NCBI RefSeq assembly: GCF_024521635.1 | Contig: NW_026250424.1 | Coordinates: 124,001-188,000, forward strand | DNA length: 64,000 nucleotides | Source: Tricharina praecox | Taxonomy: Eukaryota | Direction: 5' to 3' | Shown here: in pieces, positions 1 through 13,252 of the stretch | How positions within the stretch are numbered: position 1 is the first letter of the stretch | Layout of the letters: each line of letters opens with the position of its first letter | Position numbers and translations under genes: made by a program | The notes under the pieces: generated by a model | Seen by the model: the letters and a program-made list of their open reading frames with translations, nothing else | Told to the model about the DNA's origin: nothing | The model's database searches: none

Positions 1-414
1 GCCGGCAACTACCTGCACCACGTCTCCGGACGCGCGCCCAAGGTCGGCGGCAGCGGCGACATCACCTTGCACGCGGTCAACAACTACTTCTACAACATTG
101 GCGGGCACTCGTTCGACGTGTCTACCGGCGGCAACGTGCTGATGGAGGGTAACGTGTTCGAGTCCGTCACGACTCCCATCACCACCGCTAGCAAGACCGG
201 TGGTGGAACTATCTACAACGCTGGAGGATCCACCTGCTCCACTTACATCGGTCGCTCTTGCCAGGCGAACTCCGTCTCCAGCTCTGGTACCTTCGATGGT
301 TATGGAAGCACCTCCGCCATGGCCGGCTTCTCCGGCTACACCGTACACCCTGCTGTGGCCGCTAGCGGTGTCAAGGCCAGTGTTGTCTCCAACGCCGGTA
401 TTGGAAAGATCTAA
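1..414 (+). CDS. Pectin lyase (PL1), 3' part; gene begins before the window
   Basis: Frame 1 reads AGNYLHHVSGRAPKVGG..LHAVNNYFYNIGGHSFD..GNVLMEGNVF..C..YIGRSCQAN..NAGIGKI*, the typical C-terminal half of fungal pectin lyases (GRxPK motif). Confidence 0.9.
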   Translation, partial: AGNYLHHVSGRAPKVGGSGDITLHAVNNYFYNIGGHSFDVSTGGNVLMEGNVFESVTTPITTASKTGGGTIYNAGGSTCSTYIGRSCQANSVSSSGTFDGYGSTSAMAGFSGYTVHPAVAASGVKASVVSNAGIGKI

Positions 415-2151
415 GCGATCGTGGCTTCGAGTGGAGGAAAAAGGGGGGGCGGGGGTGATGGTGAGGGGGGGAGGTGTAAGCGAGAGAGTTGTGCAGTGGT
501 TGTATGTATCTAGTTGAAGGAGGTGGAGGAATAGGAGTTGAAGGCGGAGGCGGAGGAGGGGAATAGCCCACTGAGTGGGCATAATCCATTATCCATCTAT
601 ATTCGCGCACTTATCGCACTTATCGCACTTATCGCTTGCAAGTTGCAAATTGTAATCTCTACCTCTACCGAGGGACAAAAAAACCTTACCATACCCGCGG
701 GCCCGATCTTCCGGTCATTCGCAGATATAGCATATAGTGTACTGTATATATGCAGAATCTCAATCTGTGCCATGGTGCGATAGTGAACAGTGCACACCGC
801 ATCGTCGAAGAAAGGTACAAGAGGTCCAGGATCGGGGAAACGGAAAGTGTACATACTTTTGCATACCCCGCCGCGGACCCGCGGCCGAGTACCGAGTACC
901 GGATGATGATGCAGCCTTTATCATATCTTCTCACCCGGGGTATCCATCTTTTTTTTGAGTTTTTGCTTTACGGCTCATGCGAAGTTGGTCGCTGACACGA
1001 GCTATTCACCTTCATCGCGGCAATAGAGAGGATATCCCTCCCTCACCCCCAGGTTGGGATATTTCATTATGGCATCATCTTGATGGGTCGAATACTTTAT
1101 GGTGCGACAACAGAGGACGAAAACGTAGGCAGTGAACAGTATAGTCATACCACCCGACTCTTATGTGCTGAGCCAAATGGGACGGACGGCTACCCACTAT
1201 ACGGTGCATACTTAGGTAACATGAGAACTTGAGTCAGTAAGTATATTAGTTGGTCGCCGACAGCCTGGCACGAGCCATTCATCCCGGGTTGGGATACCGT
1301 AAATATTCCATTTTTTTGATTCTGGATGGGTCGAATCGAATGCTTTATGGTGCAACGAGTCACGACAAAAGACAATAGACGAATACGAAAACGCAGTGGA
1401 CAGTGTCGTATAGTCCTATGTACGAGCTGCACAGGCGAACGACTACCTACGGTGCATAGTTAATATGAGGAATTGAGTGGATATGAAGCCTCCGCAGCTC
1501 CAAGGCGAAACCCGCAGAACACGTACTTTCGCAACAGCGCGATTGAGGCACAACGAGTGATACACGAGTATACCTACTATATTCAACATCCATGAGTCCA
1601 AGCATTCCGCACCTCGATTCCTCTTCCCCTGTCTCGCCCATCATGCCCGTCAATTCAATTCGTAAACATACATCACACATACGTTAAATACACCCCCCCT
1701 CCCCCCGCCCCCTCAGCTGACTACATCCCAACATCTCAAGCCCGCACCCGCACGCAATCCAGTCCAACGCCCGCACAATCACAATCACAATCACCATTTC
1801 CTCAACCCAGTTACCAACCAGTTACCAACCATCCAAGCAATCAACCATCCATCTATCCAAAAAAGTAGGAAAATTATGTATGGCTGAAGCCGCCAATCCT
1901 AGTCAAAAAAGGAAATGGAAAGGAAGAGCAAATCGCACGCAATCCTTGCGCCATAGTATCACCCTCGAACCGTAGAGATGAATAAAACCCTCCCCCCACC
2001 TCCCGCCTCCCGCCGCCTCCACTTTGCTTTCCTTTTTATTCTTATTTACAACAAAAAGAAAAACAACAACCTCAACCCGATACCTAATTGATCGTCCTCG
2101 AGTGTTACGAAAGGGAAAGCATCACCTCATCACGCCCTATCACTCGCCTTA

Positions 2152-5100
2152 CTACTCGCCACTCCCGAACCCCGTATTCGGGATCATGAAAAAGTCCATT
2201 CCGCCGCCGGCGGAGCTAGCCCTAGAGCTAGGCGCGCTAACCTCACTGACGGTTGTAGTTGCGGCGGTGGTGGCTGCGGCGGCGGAGGCAGCAGTGGCAG
2301 CCTGATACGCGGCGAAGCCCTTGGTGGTTTCCTCAGCCGCACGATGATACCTGCCCGCCTCACAGTCACGGCCGACCCTGCCGGCAGCCGCAGAGTGGTC
2401 GTCCGAGTAGCCCTCCTCGTCCATCTCGTCGTAGTCCTCTTCGCTGTCGTCGCCGTCCTCGTCAAGGACGTCGACATCGACGTCTTCCTCGTCGAGGACG
2501 TCATCGTCGTCGTCGCCCACGCTGCCGTCGTCGTTGGTGACGGGCGAGAGCTGGCCGCGGGCGTGTTGCACCACCTCCATGGTCCCGGTGCTGCGCCAGC
2601 CCGGTGGGGGCTGTGGCGGGGGCTGCGATAAGTCCACGCCGCTGGCGCCGCCAACTCCCATGCCGAGGCCGAAGTGCTCGCCGCTGCCAACGGTGCTCTG
2701 GTAGCCTTGCACGGTGCCGACTAGGGGCCCACGTTTCTTCCACTGTTCCTGCTGCAGGTAGCCGGCGCTGGCATCTAGCACGCCCACGGCGAATTCCATG
2801 AAGTCGGCGCCGCGGCTGGAAACACGCAGTGTCCAGCGGTACTCCGAGAGGCGGGCCTTGTAGAAGTCCGCCTCCTGTATCGAGGGCGACGTGGCCCACA
2901 GGAGAGAGCCGAAAGTGCCAATGAGAGCAAAGTTGACTTTGGAGGAAAAGAACCAGAACGACTGCAGGTGCTCCGGTTTGAGACGGTTCACGAAATCCAT
3001 GGCTGATATCAAGCGGGTTTTTGCGGCGGACCGGCAGATGTGCAGCAGGTACGGGTCGACCTGCGTGGATACGCTGAGAGTGCGCAGGATCTGTCGGTGC
3101 AGAGTTATCTCGGTGGCAAAGTAGGCGAGATGTAGGGAGCCTGTGTCGTGAGGGGGCACATTAGGAGGTATCTCTTGAAATTATTCACCAGAGGAAAAAG
3201 AGGAGACAGTACCAGTGGACGATAATCGCCTAGTTCTCGTAGTCGCATCCATTCGCAGGCACTCGGGCAACTTGATGAACCACTCCTTGAGCCGTATCTG
3301 AATCGGTTTCGCGCGCTCCAGCACCTTCTGGATGCCTCCCCGTGCCGCGAATCCCATCTGTGCGTCCACCGTGAAGAACGTCTCCAACACGTCCGCCATC
3401 AACCCCGACAGTTGGATCATCTGCTCGAACAACATTCTCCCCTTCTCCACCTCTTGCGACCCATCTTCCTCGTCATCCTTTCTCTCCTGTTTGATCCCAT
3501 CCGGCGACGGCCACGAGTCGGGGAAATCTTCGGGTTCGACCGGTCGTACCGCCCAATTCGCTTTCGCGATGTGCGACGGCCGACCATGCGTTAGCGCACC
3601 CCACTTGTCCTGCATGAACAGACCCCACGCCAATCGTTTCCGCAGTCCCTTCTCCCACCTGGGAATCTTCCAGCTGGAGCAGTTGAGGTGCAGACCGAGT
3701 TCCTGCCCGACGGCCACCAGCTGCGCCGTGAACGGCCACGCCGACCCCTTCATCTCCTCGTTCCTCTGCAGTAGCAGTAGGCCCGCTTGCACGGTCGACA
3801 GCTTGGGCCGGTTGATGACATCAGCCATCGTTTTCGTCGCCAGCTTCTCGAGCACCGACACATCCGGTTTCGGTAGCGCGGCGAGTTCGCGGTCGTAGCT
3901 CCACCAATGCAGAGCGAGAATGTAGACGGCGGCGAGGAGCGGCGGCGAAAACTCGCGATGGGTGCGCGCATACTTTTCGAGGAACACGCGCTTGTGAAGG
4001 ATGGGAAAGCTGGGATGCACGATGCGGAAGTATAGGTTCAGCAGCTTTTCGCCGTGCGGCGAGACGACCCTCTCGATCTTGTCCAGGTCCTCGTAGATCT
4101 CCGAGTGATTCGGCGTCGGCTCGTCGGGGTACAGGGTGAAGGTGGTTTCCGCGCACACCCGGCGAAACGAGGTGACCTTGGAAAGGGTCGAGAGGGCGTA
4201 TTCATCTTTAGTATCGATCGGGCACAGGTCGATCAGACACTGTTCGTATTCCGCGGTCGGGCCGATCAGGTGCGAATGACGATTGCCTTGCAGGCCGAGG
4301 GTGTTGTAGAGGGAATTATTGGGATGCGCCGAGTAATCGGTGATGGGAGGAGCATCGCGAATCGGTTTCGACCGCCGCGGAGATGTCGGAGATGTATTGC
4401 GACTTCTTCTCGGATTAAGTTATCAGCCACCCACGTCGCCAGTGTAGGAGAAAGTGGGGAGGTGGGGGTGTGCAGTGCAGATTGTACAACTCGAGATCTC
4501 AGGCGAGAAACAAAAATTAAAACAATTAAAACCCAATTTAATAAAAAATCTCGGAAAAAAAAGAAACACACGCACAAGCACAACACAGACGCACACATAC
4601 CGCTTCTTGCCATTGCCATTGGAACCGCTCTCGTCTCCGGGTGCTGCACTCTCGCGCACCAATCGCCGTTTTCGAGGTTGCGGACTTTGCACGAACGTGC
4701 ATTCTTGGCTGTGGAATTGGCAGAGCACGCATTTATCGGCGCCCTCGTTCATGACGCAACGCGACTTCCGTCGGCGGCATGCATCGCACGGTCGCTCTTT
4801 CCGGCCCTTCGCGTAGGGTTGTCCCGTGCCAGCTGCTGGCGTTGCGCCGCCCGTCGGGGTGTTTGTACCATTGCTCGCCGCCGAAGCTTCTATCGCGTGA
4901 GCAGCCTTTGTTGCTGCTGCATTGGTAGTAGTGGTGGTGGTGGTTGTCGTATTAGTAGAGATTGAATTCGAGCGCGAGTGTGCCCTCGATGCGGGAGTCG
5001 TCGCTAATCCCGATTTCTGCGGAGTCGTTATCCGAGCGGCGACTGTCGCGATCGGGGTGGACGACGCGGTGCTGTTGCTGGCAGCGGGGGACGCGGCGGC

Positions 5101-5322
5101 GGCGGCTGCGGCTGCGATGGCATTGTGCGAGGTCGACGACGGCGATGAAGACGGGGCCGGGGCCGGGTCCGCTGTTATGAGCGTCGATAATGTGGTGGCG
5201 GCGGTTGTGGTTGTAGTGGTGGCAGCCGAAAATGTCGACGATATTGTCGAGGAGACGGAGGAAGCGGAGGAAGACGAGTACTTTGTAACGGACTCGGCGA
5301 TCGTCGTGTCGGCGGAGTTCAT
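2152..5322 (-). CDS. tamA: Zn(II)2Cys6 transcription factor, TamA/Dal81-like; exons approx. 5322-4601, 4405-3213, 3140-2152
   Basis: RPCDACRRRKSRC..KCVLCQFHSQECTF binuclear cluster. Fungal TF middle domain LYFRIVHPSFPILHK..RKRLAWGLFMQDKWGALTHGRPSHI. C-terminal LHLAYFATEITLHR..FVNRLKPEHLQSFW. GT-AG introns at ~4600-4406 and 3212-3141 join the frames. Confidence 0.88.
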
Positions 5323-5987
5323 TGCCGGAGGTCAGTGATCCGCAATCACGAGACGCAAAAACTATCGTGAACCCGGGGCAAGGGCAACGATGACGGCTGG
5401 TTGGACAGGCGGTACAACGCGGAGTATAGAGTAGCCTAAGTCTAACCACACAGGACGGGGGGGGTGGGGAGGATGGGAGGGCAGTACCGCACACAGCTGT
5501 GCTATTGTGAGTATAAATAAATAAATAAATAAAATACACAGGTACAGGAACACGCAATTCTCGTGCGGAATCCAACAGAGAGCAAGGAGAAATTGTCCAG
5601 CAGATGGAGTGGAAGTGATGGGAGAATTTAGGAGCGTGGGGTAATGGTAGAGGAGGAGGAGGAGGAGGAGAAGGTGGAGGTGGAAACGGTGGTTGTGGTA
5701 GTGCTGGTGCTGGTGGGTAGTTGGTGGAAGGGGGGGGCAAGATATCGTGTGTTCGGGAAGATGAGGAAAGGGCCGATAAAGCAGGATATCGATTATCGAC
5801 ACGCACACACGGAACAGATTGGCACGGGATATTTGTTTCACAGGATCAAGATGGCAATTGCATGCAATGGCCACGGAAGTATATAGTAGAGGAAGAGGAA
5901 GAGGAAGAGGAGGGAGGGGAAGAGGAAGAGGGAACAGGAGAGGGAGAGGGAGAGGGAGAGGATGGACGCCTCCACCAGCAGCAGCAG

Positions 5988-6088
5988 CGGTGGTGGTGGT
6001 GGTGGTGGTGGTGGTGGTGGTGGTGGTGGTGGTGGTGGTCGTAGTGGTGGTGTTGGTCGTAGTGGTGGTAGTGGTAGTGGTGGTGGTT
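5988..6088. repeat. (GGT)n microsatellite preceded by a GA-rich tract, upstream of tamA
   Basis: Long perfect then degenerate GGT run; it generates the spurious poly-V/P/H/W ORFs in the track. Confidence 0.95.
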
Positions 6089-9000
6089 TGGCCCGGTATA
6101 ACGCATCAGTCGTACCTTTCGATATCGAAATAAAATAGTAATAACCACAGCTCTCGTCTGGTAACAACCCGGCGCCCAGTTATCCAGTTATCCAGCCAGG
6201 GAGTATGCAAGTGAGGTATGTAAGTAGGGTCGGTAGCATCCAGACGTGATGGGCCGAAGAGCGAGGGATTCCTCCGCTCCCGGAAGCCGATGCCTGCAAC
6301 TCATTAGTTAGCTTTGCGTGCATCACAGGCACGCAAGGCCAGGCACAGAGACCCTGTCTGGTCCCTTTTTTCGGGCACTACGGACAGAGTGACCTCACCG
6401 TCCGGAAACCACACGAGTTAGAGTCGACACCAGCCAGATGGTTATACTTTGCTAAGCCGTGGCCAGCCGACACCCAACTCACTTGGGGGGATGTCGGATC
6501 GAACTGGGGCTCAGTGGGCCACCCGGTGGTACAGATCCGGAACTGGCGATGCAGGTCGCGATTGTGGTGGTGGTGGTGTTGGTGGTGTTGGTGGTGGCGG
6601 TAGTTGTGGTTTTGGTGGAGGTGGTGGTGGTGGTAATGGTGGTGGTGTAAGAGGCGTTAGTTAGCAAGATCTTCAAGGCAAGTTGTGTGTGCGCGCGTGC
6701 TCCAGCTGTGCCGTGATATGTGGGTTGGTAGAGCAGGTATGTACGGTTGCGGTCCCGATGCTTAAGGGGAGGATGCGAAACCCGCATGGACGAGGGAAGA
6801 CTCCCCCAGATGGACGAAAGGGTGGGAGGGGGGGTGGGAGATGCGTAGTGGGGGATCCGGAACTTCGAGGACGTGGAATCGCGATAAGCCTCTCTCCGGG
6901 GGGGGGTGATTCCTTGCAGGTCCCTAGTTCAATAGTTATTAGCGGATCCGCACTTGACGCTTGCGTGTGTGTGGCTCACTGCTCACTGCTCAGCAGCTCA
7001 TCTCGTCCGTCGTCACCAAACAATTACTTACTATATTGGTGTTTCCGTGACGGTCGATTGAGGTGATGGCGATGAGTGGCCGTCGACGGGGGAGGGGGGG
7101 TGGACAAGCAGATGATGTCGCGCATGCAGTTTCTCGAACAAACTGTCGGTCCGATCAATGAGGACGGACGACCACATACGACGTGTTCAGAACCGGGGTA
7201 GCTGTTGACGGTAGACGCGGTGGATGCCTGCAGATGGGCGTCGGCTGGGATCGAGTATAGGACGGACTCCTGCTGATGTTTCATGCGGAAGCTCTGCTGA
7301 GGGCATGGCTGGTGTAAGTATGTAGAGTACTTGATACGAGAGCGGGCTGATACTATGGAGTATGTACCGTGTGTACCGTACCTACTGGCCGGAGAGCGGG
7401 CTGATAGGCGATCACGAGATCGGTATTGGACGGACAGAATCACTGGGGGCAGATAATGTGCTGTTGTTGCACCACACACACGATACGGCCGGTGTAGAAT
7501 GATGATTCTCTCGGTCATTTCGAATTCGTCGGACTCGTAGCGAGCGGCGGCACGATGCGATGTGAGCAGTGGGGAAGGGCAGGACGATCGCAAGGTGGGA
7601 AACGATGATGTCGACGAGCGAGTGAGCTCAGACACTCGGGAGAGATAGAGGGAGAAGAATTCGGCTTGCGAACGGCAATTCGCAAGCCTGCTTGCTTGCT
7701 TGCTGCCTGCAAGAAGAAGCTCGACGGGTGGCTGGGTGTGTTTTTTCCCTTCTTTTCTTTTCTTCCTTCTCCTATTTTGCTTTCCTGATATTGGCTGCTG
7801 GTAGCTGCTGCTGATGGGGTTCAACGGGCACCTGCCATAGTTATCTCGTTTCCCCCGGCCTCTCTCTCTCGAGTTGCCGATTGATTTGATCACCACCCTT
7901 AGCAACCAGCATCAGGATATCTATCTCCAGAGTCCAGAGTTTACCCCACGCTTTCTCGTTCAATAATAGCGATGCTAGCCAGCCACATCCCGGAAAAACT
8001 GCGTGGGGATTGCAACAAGTTTCCTGATACGTAACATGTGCCTTCCTGGCATGCTCCGCTGCGCGTGCCTGGTCGGTCCGCCGGTCGGTCTCTCTGCCTG
8101 CCGTTCGGTCATGTCATCTGCACCTCTAAGAAAGGTTCTCCGCAACGCGAGGGGAAATGGAGCCAAGTACACACCTACCTACATACATCCTTACTTACCT
8201 ACTCATGTACATACGACCTTTGCTTCCCGCCTTCCTTCCTTCCTTCCTTCCTTCGTTTCCGCACGCGGGCCTGGACCGTGCAGCAGGTGTTGGCGGTACC
8301 CACGTACGTAACATAAGGGAGGAGTAGGTGCCTATGTATGTATGTACCTGCTCCTGGTTCTCCCGGTGCCGGTGGTATGTAGGTAAGTAAATACTTGGGT
8401 ATGAATGTATGATATGTAGAGCACCAAGCCCCGGGGCCCACCTGGAAAGAAGGAGAAAAACAAAATCTCCTCGAGTCGCCGACGTTGCTCCCGGGAAAAA
8501 TAATAAAACATCTCGTAATCCCCTTCGCTAGCTGGATCGCGGTCATACATACCTGCCGTACATATATCATACACACATAGAGTACGGTGGTGTGGCTGTG
8601 GCTTGGACGAACTTTTGCGAGTTGACCGAGAAGTATGATATGTAGGAACAAGCCGCTTTCCGCGAGTGGTGTTGGGTCGGAGAGAGGAGCGCACGTGTGG
8701 CCGTGTCGGAATGGGGAAGGTCGGCACGTGGCGGTTGTCGTTTGGCCCCCATCTTTCGTTAACGGGCATTTTGATGGGCATTGCTGACGGCCTTTTTGAC
8801 AGCCATTAGTTATCGACGGCCATCGCTGTAGGATAGAGTAGAGTACCAACCAACTGCTATAGCTATACCGTATGTACTCCATACATACTTCGAGTACCAG
8901 GTAGAGTATACTATAAGTTGTAGATATAGACTCGAGTCTCGACATGCCGGACCGACGCCGCTGCTGTGGTTGACAGTCTGCTCGAGTCGCGATGGTTAGT

Positions 9001-12000
9001 TACGGTCCGCCTCCGCCCGCCCCAGTCCAGCCGAGGAGGGTTAGGGCGACGCTAGCTCGTGTCGGTCCTTTATCTCGTCCCTTCGCGTCCCTTCGCTGGC
9101 TATGATTGGCGAGCTGCACCCTTATCTTCTGCACACTTCCTGGCCTTCCTGTCCATCCTGCCCATCCTGCCCATCCTGCCCCTCCACCACCCCCCCCCCC
9201 CCATCCTTCCTTCCTTCCATCCCTCCCGCGTCGTGTAGAGTAGAGTAGTCTAGCGACTAGCTCGTAGGAAGTCTCCGGGAAATCCTTACATAACGCGAGT
9301 ATTACGCATCAAGCATCAGCGGCTCTTTCTTGTTGCTCACGGTCGACACGAGAACAGCAACCCACCCTCTCCTGCAGAGTTACGCATCTATGATATCTGA
9401 TAGGTATCATGCAAAACGTCCCCCCTTTAGCCCCGCCCCCTCCCAAGGCCCCAATTCTGTTCCAAGCTGCCGGCTCGATTTCTCTCGTCTTCCATCGGCC
9501 GTGGTAGCCTTCTCCGCTTGTCACCTTTCTTCCTGTTGGTTGTCCAAAGTATGTGTGTAGGTAGGTAGGTGCTATGGTAATAGATATCTGCCACTGACAT
9601 CAATCTCACCTATGGATAGGTAGGCAAGTAGGTACTAGCCCAGAGCCACGGGATGTTTCCAGTGCTACTCTAGTTTCGTCCACTCAAGTCTGTAGTCGAG
9701 TAAACCGTTCAAATCGATCCCGAGTTTTTATCGTGCGCCAGTTGAGCTGCCCGGGGGGGTTTTATCGCGGGTAGTTAGTTGTGTGTAGGTAAGTAAGGAC
9801 TTGGCGGGGGGTATGTACCTAGGTAGGATCTGGATAGCTAACTACTGTAGCGGGAGCCTGCGCGAGAGGGCGCTCACGCGGGCGTTCGCCGGGCTATGTA
9901 TGTGTACATATGGAGAGTACATACATACATACACAGCAATCGACACTCCGCTAATGGCGGTTCCACCGACTATAGTAACAGTCTGGCACATGGTAAGGCC
10001 GAGCCATGGATCACCAGCACTATCACCATCACCATCAGCATCACCATCGCATAGGAAGGTAGGTAGGTAGGTACTCAGGTAGGTAGTGGTGGCGGTTGGC
10101 AATTGGCAGGCAGGTTTGTCTGCGGTGTGCGCAGAACCCCAACCCGGCGTGTGCACGGGCGCGGGTGCGGAAGTATACTCTACTGAGAGTATGATACACC
10201 CGTATGCACCATGAAACGGCGACCTGGACAGTTCCGATTTCGAAAATCCCATTACATAAAAGCTCCCACCCTGTCTGCTGCACGCAAAAACCAGCAAGCA
10301 ATCAAGCAACACAGTCCAGTAGCATATGGGACCCTTTGGAGGGGGGGTTGGTGGGAAAGAACGAGAAAAAAAAGAAAAAAAGAAACGGAGGAACCGACTC
10401 ACAGGGAATCACTGACAGTCTACTATTATACAGCGTCGTGTCGTGTCGTGTGGTCTTGCTGCTGCTACTGCTGCTGCTGACATATCATAGCATGTCCACG
10501 GGGAGACAGCAGGTTCCCATCATCATCCTCCTCCTCCTCGAGAGAGACTCGCATCTCTACTGTATGATACCAACTCACATCGATGGTGGGGGAAACCCCG
10601 TATCACCAATTGGAGCCGGAGGCAAATCATCCTCACATCGGATCGCACGCACCACTGGAAAAAAAATAGGCTCCTCAGCCCGGATGTCCGTATGTGTATG
10701 TGTATGTATAGTACATATCTCGCGCGACAGGGTCTCGCTCCATTTCCGTCCAAGTTCCAGTGCAGAAATCCAGTTTGATTGGGTTTTCGGGTAGGCAGGT
10801 AGGCAGGTAGGTAGGCAGTGGATCTCTCCAGCCCCATCAGCGCGACTACATAGGTGGGTCTCGCTGTCTCGCTGTCACGCTGTCACTTCCCCAACCGCAT
10901 GAACTCTGATTAAGAAAAAATGCGCGCCTCGTGCGGTTGTCCACGGCCACAGCCGTTGGCAGAGGGTGGTGGTCGACCGCATGGGTGAGAGATCCTATGA
11001 TACCAGAGATGGTGAAAGAGCCGTCTCACTGGCTGGATAGCTGGCTCGCTGGCTGGCTGCTCGCCCAAAGTGTTTCCTGATGATCCGCCTGGAGAATAGT
11101 TGTTTCGCCCGCGATGAACCAGCCAGCGCCGCCTGCGATGCACACGGATTCCAATTCTCGGGCTTCTCTCCACCCCACGCTTCAGCTTTGCCCCTCCTCC
11201 TTTCCCATGTGAGCATTGAATTCACCACCCGCCCTCTCCCCTTGTGTCGTGTTGAAGCTCGCGATGTGATATGAAGAGAGAGCGATTCGATTCGAGCACC
11301 TACGTACAAAAATTGCTGTTAGTGGGGAGTAGGTATGGGCGCGCCAATTTCATGATCGCCCACTTTGAAAAAGCGGTGCGAAGGTGCGAAGGCGCCCCTC
11401 TTATCCCATCCATACCGCCATGCCATGGAGCTTATCTTCAGTGGAAGATACCTCGGGATCTCGACGCCATGCCATGCCATGCCATGTACATCCAGGCACA
11501 CCGTACTGTTCCAGTAGGTATCTTTCGTGGTTGCGTACACACGCTCATCCACCGGCAACCCGTATTCCCCGGTGGGGTATCGCAGCTCGCCGGTGAATAT
11601 GTAGTCCTCCGGCTCAGCTAAACCTCGCACACCCACACCCACTCTCCCAGCGCCGCAATCAATTGTGACGATTGGCTTAATCCGTCGCTGAACGAGTGAC
11701 AATATGAGATGCTGACGGTGTGGGCACACGGGAAATCCCTATTCCTATTCCTTGGTATCGTTCTCTCCTGATCTTGTGAGTACAGCACTCCCTAAATACG
11801 TACCTCCTGTTGGCTCCGGCGAATCCCCCCCCCCCCCCCCCCACCGTGCGAGGCAGTGGTACCGTACCCGCGGAGAGGAGGGACAGCGGAGTGATCCACA
11901 CCTGAGCGTGCAGTGCACTGTGCCGTGGGCGATGATGGAAGTGTTTGAGGGATTGTGTTCCTAGCGGTGTAGTTGATGCTGGTGCGTAAGCTTTGGCGTG

Positions 12001-13252
12001 CCAGTATGAAGGATTGATTCGGCGTGTGTACGGTGTGAGAGAGAGATCTTCAGTTTACTTTGTATGCAGTCTATCCTGAATATGGCGAAAACGTGTGTGC
12101 GACGGTTTTGCGGCCGCCTGTGTGGGTGGTGAAAGACGAGTGATGTCTGTGAACATGGCCGCTACCACCCATCAGTGTATGCTTTTTCTGCGGAGAATCA
12201 AGGCGGTCGAGCAGAGGGACTGAGTAGTTAGAGCGGCAGCTAAGGGTAACCCGGCCAGCTACGCTGTTGCAGCTCGGGTGTGGTGCTGAGTGTATTTGCG
12301 TATCCGGCACCGCATGCGGCCAGCGATGGCGCGGATCCGTGGGGCGTTAATTGTGGGTCGGGCTGAATGGGATGTTGCCTTTGTAGTCGTAGCGATGGAA
12401 CCTCATAGCATACCCGCAACGGTCGAGCCCTGCAGATGTCGGGGAAGCCCATGCGTACGTGTTAGCTTGTGCTTCTCGTTCAAGGTGATTGAATGCATGG
12501 TATTCACATCGTGTCAGTTGCGAGGGCTCTTTGCCAATGCCTCTCCAGGACGACGGGCGTGATGAGGAAAACAGCACACGCAGAGGAGAGAGCGGAGATG
12601 GGGGGATAACCATCTATTCAATAGGTGATGAGGAAGAAAGAAGAAGAAAACACGCGGGTGCCAGTTTAAGTCCCCCCTCCTCCTCAGTCAGTTGTTGACG
12701 TAGTCTTGGAAGGACGACGGTGAAATGAAAGATGATGAAGAAGTTGAGGTTGTATTCAACTTCGAAGAGCCATCTAATATGGCTCTCCTTCGCTGCCTAC
12801 AAAGTTCGGTGTCACTCGATCCGGCTAGTCCGGCTGACACCATCATGCCGATCCACCGATTCGTCTATATAGCCTTTCCTCCTCCTATCTTATCAGATCC
12901 TCCATCTATCCTACACGTGCTGGTCGGTGGCTGAGTTGTCAAGGACTCATAGCCACCGACCGCCCGCTGAATATTGCGTGGGCTACAGGTCACAAGTCGT
13001 TGATAGATATCTGCCCACCGAGTTTCTGATCTTGTTGGCACGCATGGCCCCCCTCGAGTGATATCACAGCTGAATGGACTGGCATATCCAGCGTCACTGC
13101 GACACGAAACCAGGAAACCGCAACAGCAATCAGAAGCTGCCAACGGAGCAATCAAAGACATCCAAGTCATCCCCGTCTAGACATAGCCGACCATAAACTA
13201 CTGTGCACCGCCGTCATGAAACCGTGAGACATACACTCAGTATCCCGCCCAT

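Noticed and set aside
5644..6790. ORFs with poly-V, poly-P, poly-H, poly-W and poly-T tracts
   Set aside because: Translations of (GGT)n/GA microsatellites, with no coding evidence.
7024..12700. Several 150-290 aa ORFs (e.g. 7024-7905, 8199-8945, 9842-10402)
   Set aside because: Non-ATG or weak starts, SSR-derived composition, no recognisable motifs.
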